IMG/VR virus record: IMGVR_UViG_3300036790_000109
Coordinates: 1-55,390 of that record
Source: a virus
Taxonomy: Duplodnaviria; Caudoviricetes
DNA: 55,390 nucleotides
Reading direction: 5' to 3' (one strand)
Shown: piece by piece, positions 34,154 to 43,037 of the stretch
Layout of the letters: every line of letters starts with the position of its first letter
Position numbering within the stretch: the first letter of the stretch is position 1
Made by a program: the position numbers and the translations under genes
The notes under the pieces: model-generated
What the model saw: only the letters and a program-made list of their open reading frames with translations
What the model was told of the DNA's origin: nothing
The model's database searches: none

Positions 34154-36381
34154 TGGCTATCCCTCTTTCCCTGAGCGAAGTTCCCGATGTCGACCCGTAC
34201 GTCCAGTATGTTGCGACTTCGGGGCAGACGGTCTTCCCGTACCCGTTCCCGATCACGCAGGATAGCGATCTCGTTGTAGTCTATAACGGGATCACGTGGG
34301 CGACCGACAACGGTTACTCGCTCTCGGGGCAGGGGAACGATACGGGCGGCAACATGACGTTGTCCACTGGCGCTACGGCCGGGGACATCATCACGCTCTA
34401 CCGGGATATCGCGATCGAGCGCATCACGCAGTTCGCGCAGAATTCAGGCTTCTCGAGCGCGGCTTTCAACGCCGAGTTCAACAACCTGTACCTGATCGCG
34501 CAGCAGCTCGAGACGCAGATCGGTCAGTGCTTGCAGCTCCCAAACACGAACTATCCGGCGCCCGTCACGTCCCTCACTCCGGCGAACTACGCGGGCAAGT
34601 ACCTGGCGTTCGATTCGTACGGCAACCCGACGCCCGGGGTTCTCACCTCGAGCGGCTCGATCACGCAAGGGATCATCGGCAGCCTGCTTTACCCGCAAAC
34701 GACACTCGAGAAGAACGCGAGCGTCGTGCCGGTGAACCTCTATATCGCTCCGGGCATCCCTGAGCGGTACGGAGCGGTCGGCGATGGCGTGACGGATGAC
34801 ACCCAGGCGCTCACGAACTGCATAGCTTCCAACGATACGATCGTTTTCACGCAAGACAAAATCTACGGCGTGCAGACGATCACCTTCCCGTTCAACGGAC
34901 CGCATCTCATCGACTTCAACGGCGCGTGTATCCGTGGCATCGCGACGACCGCGACGAATGCCGTCGTGGTGTTCGCCGCCACTGAGACCAACGTCTACAA
35001 CTACTATGTCGACGGGAATTTCAGTCAGTATTACCTCTGCGGCACGTGGTGGTACAACGCCAACTACTCGGCGCAGTACAACGTCTTTTTCGGGATGAAT
35101 CACACCTACTTCGGTGGCGTACAGACCGCTTCGGGGACCACGGTTCGAGCGATGATCTACGGCGCACTCGTCGGCAACTCCTCGACGGGCGAGGCGCAGA
35201 GCGAGAACAGCATCCACGGTTGGCGGACCCGCGGCTGTCAGAACCCGTTCTACTCGAACCACGCCAACGGCGTGTTGCACATGACGGACCCGATCTTCGT
35301 CTGCCTCGCCGAGGAGTGGCCGGAGACTGGCGGTACGCCGAACGCGCCGTGGAGCTATGCCAACGGGCGAGCGCTCGAAGTGGTGAACGGTATCGTGAAC
35401 TGCACGGGGGGCGAGATCCAGTTCGCCAGCAGCGGTATCACCGTGGCGGCGGAGCTGTATCAGTTCCGCGGCCAGAATATGATCATCGAGATCGCGGCTC
35501 CCTTGCGCATCAACGGGACGCCCACCAACGGTGACGGCGTTCGCTTCGACGGGGGTCGTATCCTGCAAGATGCGCTCCAGCCCACCTTCATCGTGGCGAC
35601 GGGTGCGAGCGGAGTGCTCGCACTCAGCGACATGTTCGTGCTGCGCCCGAGCGGCACGGGGGCGTTCGACAACAACGTCATGATCGACTGCTCGGATACG
35701 ACCGAGCCGTTCGAGGTGCTGCTCAACGATACCGAGAGCTACGAGTACCGGTGGATTCAAAGCGGTGCGGATGTCCGTATCGTCAAGCCGGGATCGGCGA
35801 CCACGGTGCGCTATCGCAACCACCGCATGAACATGACGGCTGCGGACACGAACGTCTACATGTTGAACACGTTCCCCACGGACAGCATGTTGGAGGGAGT
35901 CGGGTTCGATCGTCTCGGGTACACGACGACGGGCTGGACGCTGACGCAGATCACCGGCAGTGGCAGCACAATGAGTGCCACTACGAACACAGGGCCGACG
36001 GGGTACAACGCTGCTCAGCTCACACTCACTGCGGCTTCCTCGTACGAAGCCCAAGCCACCTACGGCAACCCCGGGAGCCAGGCGGACCTTCAGGGCTCGG
36101 CTCTGCATGTAGCCCCAGGTGAGCTCTACTGGGTGAGTTGCTGGGCGAACCTCTCCACAGGGTCCACTGGCACGGTGATCGCGGACTGCTACAAAGCCTC
36201 CGGCTCGGGCGTCGGGGCGACAACGCTTGCCGATAGCGGTTCGATCCCGCAGGGCTCGTGGAAGTTCATCGAGATGCCGTTCGTCGTGCCGGCGCTCACC
36301 GCCTACGTCTGCTTCGGTGTCCGGGCGAGCACCGGCGGGGCGATCGAGATCACCGACCTTCGCGTCCGGCGTGCTTCGTGA
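34153..36381 (+). CDS. Tail spike/fibre with T7-like anchor, beta-helix and C-terminal CBM-like domain
   Basis: QY.ATSGQTVF.YPF N-terminus; YGAVGDGVTDDTQAL. Confidence 0.85.
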   Translation: MAIPLSLSEVPDVDPYVQYVATSGQTVFPYPFPITQDSDLVVVYNGITWATDNGYSLSGQGNDTGGNMTLSTGATAGDIITLYRDIAIERITQFAQNSGFSSAAFNAEFNNLYLIAQQLETQIGQCLQLPNTNYPAPVTSLTPANYAGKYLAFDSYGNPTPGVLTSSGSITQGIIGSLLYPQTTLEKNASVVPVNLYIAPGIPERYGAVGDGVTDDTQALTNCIASNDTIVFTQDKIYGVQTITFPFNGPHLIDFNGACIRGIATTATNAVVVFAATETNVYNYYVDGNFSQYYLCGTWWYNANYSAQYNVFFGMNHTYFGGVQTASGTTVRAMIYGALVGNSSTGEAQSENSIHGWRTRGCQNPFYSNHANGVLHMTDPIFVCLAEEWPETGGTPNAPWSYANGRALEVVNGIVNCTGGEIQFASSGITVAAELYQFRGQNMIIEIAAPLRINGTPTNGDGVRFDGGRILQDALQPTFIVATGASGVLALSDMFVLRPSGTGAFDNNVMIDCSDTTEPFEVLLNDTESYEYRWIQSGADVRIVKPGSATTVRYRNHRMNMTAADTNVYMLNTFPTDSMLEGVGFDRLGYTTTGWTLTQITGSGSTMSATTNTGPTGYNAAQLTLTAASSYEAQATYGNPGSQADLQGSALHVAPGELYWVSCWANLSTGSTGTVIADCYKASGSGVGATTLADSGSIPQGSWKFIEMPFVVPALTAYVCFGVRASTGGAIEITDLRVRRAS

Positions 36382-37193
36382 CCGTAGCGCTCACCAGCAA
36401 CTTCTTCTCGAACGCCCGAGGGCTTACGCTCCTGGACGGTGGTGGCATCACGTGGTCGATCAACAAGAACACGAACGCCATCAGTGCTAGCGGGAGCGGC
36501 GCGGGCGCCTCGGGAGCGAATCCGACGGGGAAAGTGGGGCTTGCCGTCGTCAACGGCTCGGCCGCGACGTTTTTGCGCTCCGACGGCGCGCCGCCGATCG
36601 ACCAGACGATCACACCGACGTGGACGGGACTGCACACGTTCACCGGCGGCATGACCGTCTCCGGTACGGTGAAGTTCGACACCTACACGTTCGTGCTCAC
36701 CGGTAACGCTTCCGTCTCTGGCACGAACACCGGGGATCAGACTCTCCCGGTCGGTGCGAACCCCTCGGCGAGCTTGGGATTGGCTGCGGTGAACGGCTCA
36801 GCCACCAGCTTCATGCGTAGCGACGGTGCGCCGGCTCTTTCACAGGCCATCGCACCGACCTGGACCGGCACGCATACCTTCAATCTCGCCCCCGTGTTCA
36901 AGGTCGCTCCGCAGACCCTGAACGGCTCGACGAGTGTGCCAAACAACACCGCGACCACGCTCGTCGCCGTGCCCAGTGTCGCGCTCGCGACGTACCTCGT
37001 CTGCGCGGGCGTTTCGGCCTCGGGTGGTGACTATGCCATCGCGATACTAAACGTGAGTGAGAGCGCAGGCAACCTGACGGTGCTCGCGCACAACTCCTCC
37101 TTCACGGTGAGCATGAGCGGTTTGAACCTTCAGTGCACTCACACGATCGGCTCGACGCAGACCGTGAGTTACAACCTCATTCTGATTCAGTAG
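36378..37193 (+). CDS. Tail fibre-like protein with an internal 43-aa duplication
   Basis: GTG start 36378; two copies of GANP....GL..VNGSA..F.RSDGAP...Q.I.PTWTG.HTF. Confidence 0.75.
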   Translation: MTVALTSNFFSNARGLTLLDGGGITWSINKNTNAISASGSGAGASGANPTGKVGLAVVNGSAATFLRSDGAPPIDQTITPTWTGLHTFTGGMTVSGTVKFDTYTFVLTGNASVSGTNTGDQTLPVGANPSASLGLAAVNGSATSFMRSDGAPALSQAIAPTWTGTHTFNLAPVFKVAPQTLNGSTSVPNNTATTLVAVPSVALATYLVCAGVSASGGDYAIAILNVSESAGNLTVLAHNSSFTVSMSGLNLQCTHTIGSTQTVSYNLILIQ

Positions 37194-37202
37194 GAGAAGG
37201 AT

Positions 37203-37961
37203 TTGATCACCCCCATTCAGCTTCGTGCCGTCTTCACGACTTGCCGCAACCCGACGAACTGGGTCCGCGTCTTCAATCAGGTCGTCGAGGAGTTCGCCAT
37301 CACGACGAATGAGCGCCTGGCGATGTGGCTCGCGCAGTGCGGCTACGAGTCGGAGAACTTCAACGTGGTGCGCGAAAACATGAGCTACCGCACGGTCGCA
37401 CAGCTTCGCGCCGTGTTCGGCAAGGAGTTCCCGACGGATGAGGCGGCGCAGCCCTACGTGATGAACCCGCAGGGCCTGGCGAATGCGGTCTACGCGGGGC
37501 GTAACGGCAATGGCGATGCCAAGAGCCAGGACGGCTTCAGGTTCCGCGGCGGCGGCCTGATTGAGCTCACGGGGCGGGTGAATTACAAGGCGGTGGGCGA
37601 TGCTCTCGCGCTCGATCTCGAGCCGCGCCCGATCCAGATCGAGCAGCCGGTCATCGCGGCGCGCACGGCGGGGTTCTTCTGGAAGCAGAACGATCTGAAC
37701 GCCGCGGCGGATGCCGGTGACTTCGATTACACCACGCGACGTGTGAACGGGTCAGCTATGGAGGGCGCGGAGCAGAGGCGGGCGCTCTGGCAGAAGGTGC
37801 TGGCCGCGCTCACGAATCCGACGGGACAGGCCGTTGCGGTCGCCACCCGGCGCGCCGTGCCCGTCCCAGTCGATGGGGTTATGGACCCGCAATGCAACCG
37901 GCAGCTTGCCGCTGCCTACACACCGGATGTACCGAGGAGCGCGACAGATGGCGATATCTAA
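37203..37961 (+). CDS. Endolysin, glycoside hydrolase family 19
   Basis: LAQCGYES, EN..Y, ANAVY..RNGNGD, FRGGGLIELTGR.NY, TRRVNG. Confidence 0.92.
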   Translation: MITPIQLRAVFTTCRNPTNWVRVFNQVVEEFAITTNERLAMWLAQCGYESENFNVVRENMSYRTVAQLRAVFGKEFPTDEAAQPYVMNPQGLANAVYAGRNGNGDAKSQDGFRFRGGGLIELTGRVNYKAVGDALALDLEPRPIQIEQPVIAARTAGFFWKQNDLNAAADAGDFDYTTRRVNGSAMEGAEQRRALWQKVLAALTNPTGQAVAVATRRAVPVPVDGVMDPQCNRQLAAAYTPDVPRSATDGDI

Positions 37962-38187
37962 CGGGCAGATTTACGACGTACTGCTCGAGATCAAAGGAGA
38001 CGTTGGCAGCCTGAAGGCATCTTCGGAAATGCAACTCCAGGCGATCAAAAATCACGGCGGGCGCCTCGTCGCCATAGAGGCTACGCAAGCTAAGCAGGCG
38101 GGGGCCGCTCGAGTGTGGGGGCTCGTCGCCACGGCCGCGGGGGCGCTCATAGGGAGCGTCGCGAGTTACTTCGGGCTGCATCGCTAG
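37948..38187 (+). CDS. Holin-like protein (coiled coil plus C-terminal TM)
   Basis: AGGAG SD; follows the endolysin. Confidence 0.55.
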   Translation: MAISNGQIYDVLLEIKGDVGSLKASSEMQLQAIKNHGGRLVAIEATQAKQAGAARVWGLVATAAGALIGSVASYFGLHR

Positions 38188-38195
38188 GAGCTGTC

Positions 38196-38714
38196 ATGGC
38201 TCAAAAGTTCAGCTACCCGGTGAAGCGCAGTCCGAAATCGGACCCGCAGCAGTACCGCGTGTACAGAATGGAGAACGAAGCAATCGGTGCGCGCCGGTAC
38301 CACAGGATGACACCGGAAGTGCAACGGGGGCTGGCGGCAGGGATATGCCGCAACTACCGTGTGCCCCAAGTGCATCTGGAGTGGGCCGATCTCGGCAAGT
38401 GGGCGGCGGAGTGGGGTTCAACACCCCGAACCATACGGCTTAGCACGCGCAAGGGAACATCACAGGATCTGCTTACCTTGACACATGAGCTCGCACATCA
38501 TGTTCACCATTGGCTTTCCGGGGGTGCCGCCAATAAACAAGAAAGCCACGGACCCGAGTTCGTTGGCGTCCACATGAGCATCCTCGACACTTGCCGGGTG
38601 ATCCCGGTCGTTGGCATGCGCGCGGTGTGTGCGGCGTGGAAGGTACGTTATGCGGACCCTGGTACGAGGAGTTCGCTGAAGCAACTCCGACGCGTTGCGC
38701 AGGGGCGCGCATGA
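38196..38714 (+). CDS. SprT-like zinc metallopeptidase
   Basis: HELAH plus HGPEF. Confidence 0.75.
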   Translation: MAQKFSYPVKRSPKSDPQQYRVYRMENEAIGARRYHRMTPEVQRGLAAGICRNYRVPQVHLEWADLGKWAAEWGSTPRTIRLSTRKGTSQDLLTLTHELAHHVHHWLSGGAANKQESHGPEFVGVHMSILDTCRVIPVVGMRAVCAAWKVRYADPGTRSSLKQLRRVAQGRA

Positions 38715-39232
38715 CTGTAGTAGCCCCCAGCCAAGACACCGGCGGCGCCGCGCTGCTGGCGCAGATCGCCACCGTGCAGGCGCTCGTCACGGCGAACGCC
38801 AACCCGCTCGTCCTGGCCCAGCTCACGGCTCAGCTCAACCAGCTCCAGGTTGAGGCGATCGATCATTTCATGGTGACGGGATGGATCAACGCCGCGACGA
38901 TCCTCGAGACGTACACGGCGCCCGCGTGGGATTCGGTGGGGCAGGCGCTCACGGCGCGCGTCGCCTTCCTGCAGGCGCTCTACGAGAACGCTCCTGCGCC
39001 GCTTCCCGGCAACGCCGAGGGCTACGGCACGGCAGGGTGGGTGACGGTGGCGCAGAACTACGCCCAGCAACTATACGCCGCGCAGATCAGTCTTGTGGAG
39101 CACATCATGGCGCTCCCCGGTGGAACGCCCGCGGCCACGATGCTCGCGAACTTGACGGGCTTCCAATCCTTCCCGTTCGAATACGTGTTCAGCTCCGTCG
39201 GCTACACCGACGCGGACACCGAGGGCGACTGA
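38711..39232 (+). CDS. Hypothetical protein with two helical repeats, paralogous to 20070-20309
   Basis: AQIATVQALVTANANP...AATILETYT and a second ...AATMLANLT repeat. Confidence 0.7.
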   Translation: MTVVAPSQDTGGAALLAQIATVQALVTANANPLVLAQLTAQLNQLQVEAIDHFMVTGWINAATILETYTAPAWDSVGQALTARVAFLQALYENAPAPLPGNAEGYGTAGWVTVAQNYAQQLYAAQISLVEHIMALPGGTPAATMLANLTGFQSFPFEYVFSSVGYTDADTEGD

Positions 39233-39237
39233 GCCCG

Positions 39238-39666
39238 CTACGCAATGATATCGGGGATCTTCGTCCCCACGGGGGGCTGCTCCTCCATCGAACCGACCGC
39301 CTTCAGGGCGGCGTTTTCGTTTCTGAGGGCGGAGATTTGCCCCATGAGGAGCTGGACCGAGAGCGCATCGTTCCGGCGGATGGTCCATTGGTCGGGGGAG
39401 ATGATGTCCTCGCCGCGCAAGAGCCAGCCCACCCAGTACGGGCTAAAGGCCCCAAGATCCCCGTTCACCAGCGCCTGGGCGGCGTAGGGCATGCGGGACT
39501 TGCCGGACTTCCACCGGCGCGCCGTCGCCAGGTCGACGCGGCATAATGCCGCGATGTCCTCAGCGCGTTTTCCGTAGCAGGCATTTTGCATCGCCTGAAT
39601 TTGCGCCGATGTTGGTTTGCTGGCGAGCTTCGCCTTTGTTTTTCGTGGTTTGGGTCTCGTCCACAC
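39238..39666 (-). CDS. HTH + DUF3653-like protein (XafT-like Xer activation factor candidate)
   Basis: AEDIAALCRVDLATARRWKSG HTH, then GDLGAFSPYWVGWLLRGEDIISPD resembling DUF3653; start GTG 39666 or ATG 39591. Confidence 0.7.
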   Translation of the reverse strand: MWTRPKPRKTKAKLASKPTSAQIQAMQNACYGKRAEDIAALCRVDLATARRWKSGKSRMPYAAQALVNGDLGAFSPYWVGWLLRGEDIISPDQWTIRRNDALSVQLLMGQISALRNENAALKAVGSMEEQPPVGTKIPDIIA

Positions 39667-39685
39667 CGCGATATGGTAACACGGA

Positions 39686-39713
39686 ACTACGCATAATATA
39701 TAACGTGTCGCAA
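39686..39713 (+). other. dif-like Xer recombination site (candidate attP)
   Basis: ACTACGCATAA-TATATA-ACGTGTCGCAA versus E. coli dif GGTGCGCATAA-TGTATA-TTATGTTAAAT; XerC arm and spacer conserved, XerD arm degenerate. Confidence 0.7.
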
Positions 39714-39820
39714 AGGCATTCTGCCTCAAGCACTTACGCGATCAATGGGTTGCACCCCTTGACGTGACGCATGCACGGAGGCAGAATGCTGCCATAGGCG
39801 AAGCCAGCGGCGGACGTTGC

Positions 39821-39973
39821 TCAGGACACGTTCGGCATTCGGACGATCATCTCGAGGAGGACCCCGAAGGCGAGGGTGGCCGCCAGCACCTGTAGGGCGA
39901 AGAGGAAGCCGTGGCCCCACACTTCGAGCTGGTCCTTCTGTCTGCGCGTGAGCCGGATCTTTTTGCTGAGCAT
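39821..39973 (-). CDS. Small membrane protein (50 aa)
   Basis: Manual translation MLSKKIRLTRRQKDQLEVWGHGFLFALQVLAATLAFGVLLEMIVRMPNVS; TGATG-coupled to the helicase. Confidence 0.6.
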   Translation of the reverse strand: MLSKKIRLTRRQKDQLEVWGHGFLFALQVLAATLAFGVLLEMIVRMPNVS

Positions 39974-41379
39974 CAGCATCTCCCGAGTTTGGTGGCGAGG
40001 GCAGCCATCAGATTTTGTTGGGTGAGAGTTTTCGCTTTAATGAGCCGGATGTAGTCCTCGTCCCGAGTGCCTTGCGCCACGATGTGGTGTACTCGGACAT
40101 TTCGGCCCATTCGTCGATGACCACCCGTGAGGCGGGCGCGGGCTTGCTCGTACCATTCGAGGTTATTGGTGAGCCCGAACCAGAGCATGTCTTCGCAGCC
40201 AGCTTTGTATACATCATTGAGACCATGGCCGGCAGATGCGGGGTGGAGTACTCCCCAGTCAATACGGCCAGCAGCCCAGTCAGCGAAGTCCCGGTCAGAG
40301 TCCAAGTGTCTCCAGGTCCGACCGTCAGCCTTAGATCGCCTTTCGAGTACGCCAGCAACCCGACTGGTGTCGTGTTTGAAGTTGACACAGATGAGGACTT
40401 TGCCACCGATCTCCTCCAGCGCTTCTTCGAGCGCCTCTAGCTTTGCATCATGGAACGGCACCCACTCGCGCTTCTCACCCGTGTAGCAAGCGCCATTCGC
40501 GAGCTGGAGTAGCTTACCGTCCAACACTCCGCCGTTAACCGCAGTGAGCTGCTTCCCAGCAACTTCCGCAATGTACTCGCGCTCAAACTTCTTGTACGTC
40601 TGCATTGCCGTGTGGCTGAGTTCGCACCGTATGAAGTTGTCCTTGACCGGCGGGAGATCCAGGTAATCTTTCTCCCTGAGCACGAGCACGATGTCTTTGA
40701 GTTTTTCATGGATCTCCGGCGGTGCGTGGGGCTTCAGAGCCCACTTCTGGAACATGCCGCTCGGCGGCGTGAACCACCGATCGCGCATCGCGGTCTCGCT
40801 TTTCCCGAGCCGATGGCCCTTGTCAAGTAACCAGAGCTGGCTCCAGAGTTTCCCGTATCCGTTCGGGATCGGCGTGCCGGAGAGCTCGGTTAAGCGTGGG
40901 AACTTCGTCTTCTCGCGCAGGTCCGCGAGTGCCTTGAACCTCTGACTCGACTGGGATGCGAAGGTCTGGGCCTCGTCGGCGGCCACCCAGTCCCACGGCC
41001 ACTCGGTTACGAGCTTGTTGTGCTGGACGAACTGGGCGTGCAGCCAGGGAACGCGATCACGTCCGATCGTATGGATGTCCGCGTCACTCTTGAGAGCATC
41101 AAAGCATTGCTCAGCAGTTCCCACGATACGAGAGACACGAAGGTGGTTGAGGTGCGACCACTCCTGTACTTCGTCTGACCAGACTTTACGGGCTACTCGC
41201 TTAGGGGCAATGACCAGCATTTTGCGAACATCGAAGCTCTCCCGCATATCGCTGAACGCTGTGAGCGTTGCGACGGTCTTGCCGAGGCCCATCTCCACCC
41301 ACAGCGCCGCATTACGCCGCGACTTCAGGAAGTCGACGGCATGACGCTGATAGTTGTAAAGATCAGAGCGGTAGAACAA
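39973..41379 (-). CDS. SNF2-family helicase
   Basis: EMGLGKT, VIAPKRVA, DEAQ, LSGTP, HPASAGHGLN. Confidence 0.92.
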   Translation of the reverse strand: MFYRSDLYNYQRHAVDFLKSRRNAALWVEMGLGKTVATLTAFSDMRESFDVRKMLVIAPKRVARKVWSDEVQEWSHLNHLRVSRIVGTAEQCFDALKSDADIHTIGRDRVPWLHAQFVQHNKLVTEWPWDWVAADEAQTFASQSSQRFKALADLREKTKFPRLTELSGTPIPNGYGKLWSQLWLLDKGHRLGKSETAMRDRWFTPPSGMFQKWALKPHAPPEIHEKLKDIVLVLREKDYLDLPPVKDNFIRCELSHTAMQTYKKFEREYIAEVAGKQLTAVNGGVLDGKLLQLANGACYTGEKREWVPFHDAKLEALEEALEEIGGKVLICVNFKHDTSRVAGVLERRSKADGRTWRHLDSDRDFADWAAGRIDWGVLHPASAGHGLNDVYKAGCEDMLWFGLTNNLEWYEQARARLTGGHRRMGRNVRVHHIVAQGTRDEDYIRLIKAKTLTQQNLMAALATKLGRC

Positions 41380-41701
41380 CGGACTCGCTCTCCTCGGCTG
41401 GCGGTACCAGTTCGATATCGGCGTGAGCCATCATCCGTTGGAACAGCCGCAGCGCTTCGTACTCCGCATTGGTGCGCGGGGTAATTCGTAGCCTGATCTT
41501 CGGATCGACAACCTCTGTCTCGACAGTGGGGCGTGCGTTGAGCTGATCCCGCATCCACTTGCGCCAGCCCCGCAGATGCTCGATCTCGGCCTGCTGCTCC
41601 TTGATGTGCTTGAGCACGCCACCGGGATCGGTGCTCATCGCAGCCAGCCATGCGTGGTCTAACGCGCCCAGCTCATCCTTGGAGGGCTGTCGCTCAACCA
41701 T
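41363..41701 (-). CDS. Hypothetical protein
   Basis: MVERQPSK... with GGAG SD; coiled-coil-like. Confidence 0.6.
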   Translation of the reverse strand: MVERQPSKDELGALDHAWLAAMSTDPGGVLKHIKEQQAEIEHLRGWRKWMRDQLNARPTVETEVVDPKIRLRITPRTNAEYEALRLFQRMMAHADIELVPPAEESESVVLPL

Positions 41702-41942
41702 TGCCGTAGCTCCAGTGCGGATGATTCGTGATGTCGATATCAAAGAAATGCCGCATCAGCACTGCTGCCGTGCGATTCGCTACCTCGGGAGAGACGCGGG
41801 CGTTGTCCATGATCGGCATCGCTAGGTTGCAGTGCCACGCCCACGCATAGTCGGGGTCGGACTGGAGGGCTTTCGCCAATAGGTGCCGCGCGGATACAGG
41901 GTCGTCCGGCGGATTCTCGGACAGCGGTCGTTCGTTGCTCAT
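41694..41942 (-). CDS. Hypothetical phage protein
   Basis: DPDYAWAWHCNLAM motif. Confidence 0.7.
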   Translation of the reverse strand: MSNERPLSENPPDDPVSARHLLAKALQSDPDYAWAWHCNLAMPIMDNARVSPEVANRTAAVLMRHFFDIDITNHPHWSYGNG

Positions 41943-42328
41943 GAACAACACTCCTTCTCGTAGTCCAGTACCGACTGCTTGAACTTTTCGAAATCGTCAC
42001 ACTCGAAGACGTACCACCCGGCCTCGCGCATGAGCTCCTGCTCTTCGAGCTGAGCGTCCGTACTCGTCTTGCCTGGCGCCTTGAACTCGGTGGCGAACTT
42101 GATGCGGATTTCCTTCGTGTAGTGGGAATCCGTAATGCAGTCCGCCCAACTCTCTTCGCGCGCGCGGGCAAACAGGTAGTCAGGCACGCTTCGCTGCGAT
42201 GGCGAAGAGAATTTTCTGGCCCAGTACCCGCGTGACCGCGCCCAAGCGACGCACTGCTTCTGCACATCCTTCTCGAGCAGCTTGCGCGAGATGGCTGCGG
42301 GGGCGATCAAATCGGAAACGGTCTTCAT
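41939..42328 (-). CDS. VRR-NUC nuclease
   Basis: LEKDVQ...KFSSP..RSVPD.LF...EFKAPGK...Q. Confidence 0.85.
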   Translation of the reverse strand: MKTVSDLIAPAAISRKLLEKDVQKQCVAWARSRGYWARKFSSPSQRSVPDYLFARAREESWADCITDSHYTKEIRIKFATEFKAPGKTSTDAQLEEQELMREAGWYVFECDDFEKFKQSVLDYEKECCS

Positions 42329-42572
42329 AGAAAAATCTCCACGTAAGCTGAAAACCCTCGTGGCCGTGCCACCAAAGCTTGCGCTGAGCCCATCGCCAGT
42401 CATCGTTGCTGGGGCAGTATTCGAAGCCCCAGATCGGTAAGCACACCCACAAGAGAGTGGCTTCGACATTGCGCCCATGTACGTCCATGCTGCCGTGCGG
42501 ATAGACGAACGTAACGCCGCCGAACGCAGTGTCAGGTAACAATAAACCGGTATTAGCGATAAAGCGTTTCAC
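42180..42572 (-). CDS. Hypothetical Trp-rich protein
   Basis: GTG 42572 fills the operon gap but overlaps VRR-NUC by ~150 bp. Confidence 0.35.
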   Translation of the reverse strand: MKRFIANTGLLLPDTAFGGVTFVYPHGSMDVHGRNVEATLLWVCLPIWGFEYCPSNDDWRWAQRKLWWHGHEGFQLTWRFFYEDRFRFDRPRSHLAQAAREGCAEAVRRLGAVTRVLGQKILFAIAAKRA

Positions 42573-42849
42573 GGATCCACCCCACTGGAACGGGAGTTGC
42601 CCGGTACGTCCACTCGGCCTCGTTGTACTCCCTCGGCGCGCCGCGCTCAGCAATCCACTGGACCATGCCGACGCGCACACCGGTGCCCCACATGTGATAC
42701 GTCCTGTAGATGACGCCGACGAAGTAGCCCATTCCACCTAAGCTGAAATCGGGCTTTACCGCGTTGACTTGGAACTGGCGCACCTCCTCCGGGAAGAAGT
42801 ATTCGCGCCCCTTCTTCGGGCCGTCGATGCAGATGATTCGGGTGTTCAT
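42553..42849 (-). CDS. Hypothetical protein
   Basis: MNTRIICIDGP...; ATGA-coupled. Confidence 0.65.
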   Translation of the reverse strand: MNTRIICIDGPKKGREYFFPEEVRQFQVNAVKPDFSLGGMGYFVGVIYRTYHMWGTGVRVGMVQWIAERGAPREYNEAEWTYRATPVPVGWIRETLYR

Positions 42850-43037
42850 TGACGCTCCCACACGTCACGGCGCTTGACGACCGACTCGAGCTTGAAGCAT
42901 TGGCCGTCTTCCGTTACGGCGTATACGCCGTGTTCGCAGGCAACAATCAACTGCTCGTCCCACCCGGTCAGCCCGACAACCGCGCCGGAATCGTTCGGCA
43001 GGTACGCCAAAAGCTTAAAGGGGCGATCATTTCCCAT
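42846..43037 (-). CDS. Hypothetical protein
   Basis: 63-aa ORF overlapping the polymerase stop. Confidence 0.6.
   Translation of the reverse strand: MGNDRPFKLLAYLPNDSGAVVGLTGWDEQLIVACEHGVYAVTEDGQCFKLESVVKRRDVWERQ

Noticed and set aside
39955-39975. Programmed frameshift or readthrough at the helicase end
   Set aside because: Base count shows ATG CTC AGC AAA AAG ATC is simply an in-frame coupled start of a 50-aa ORF.
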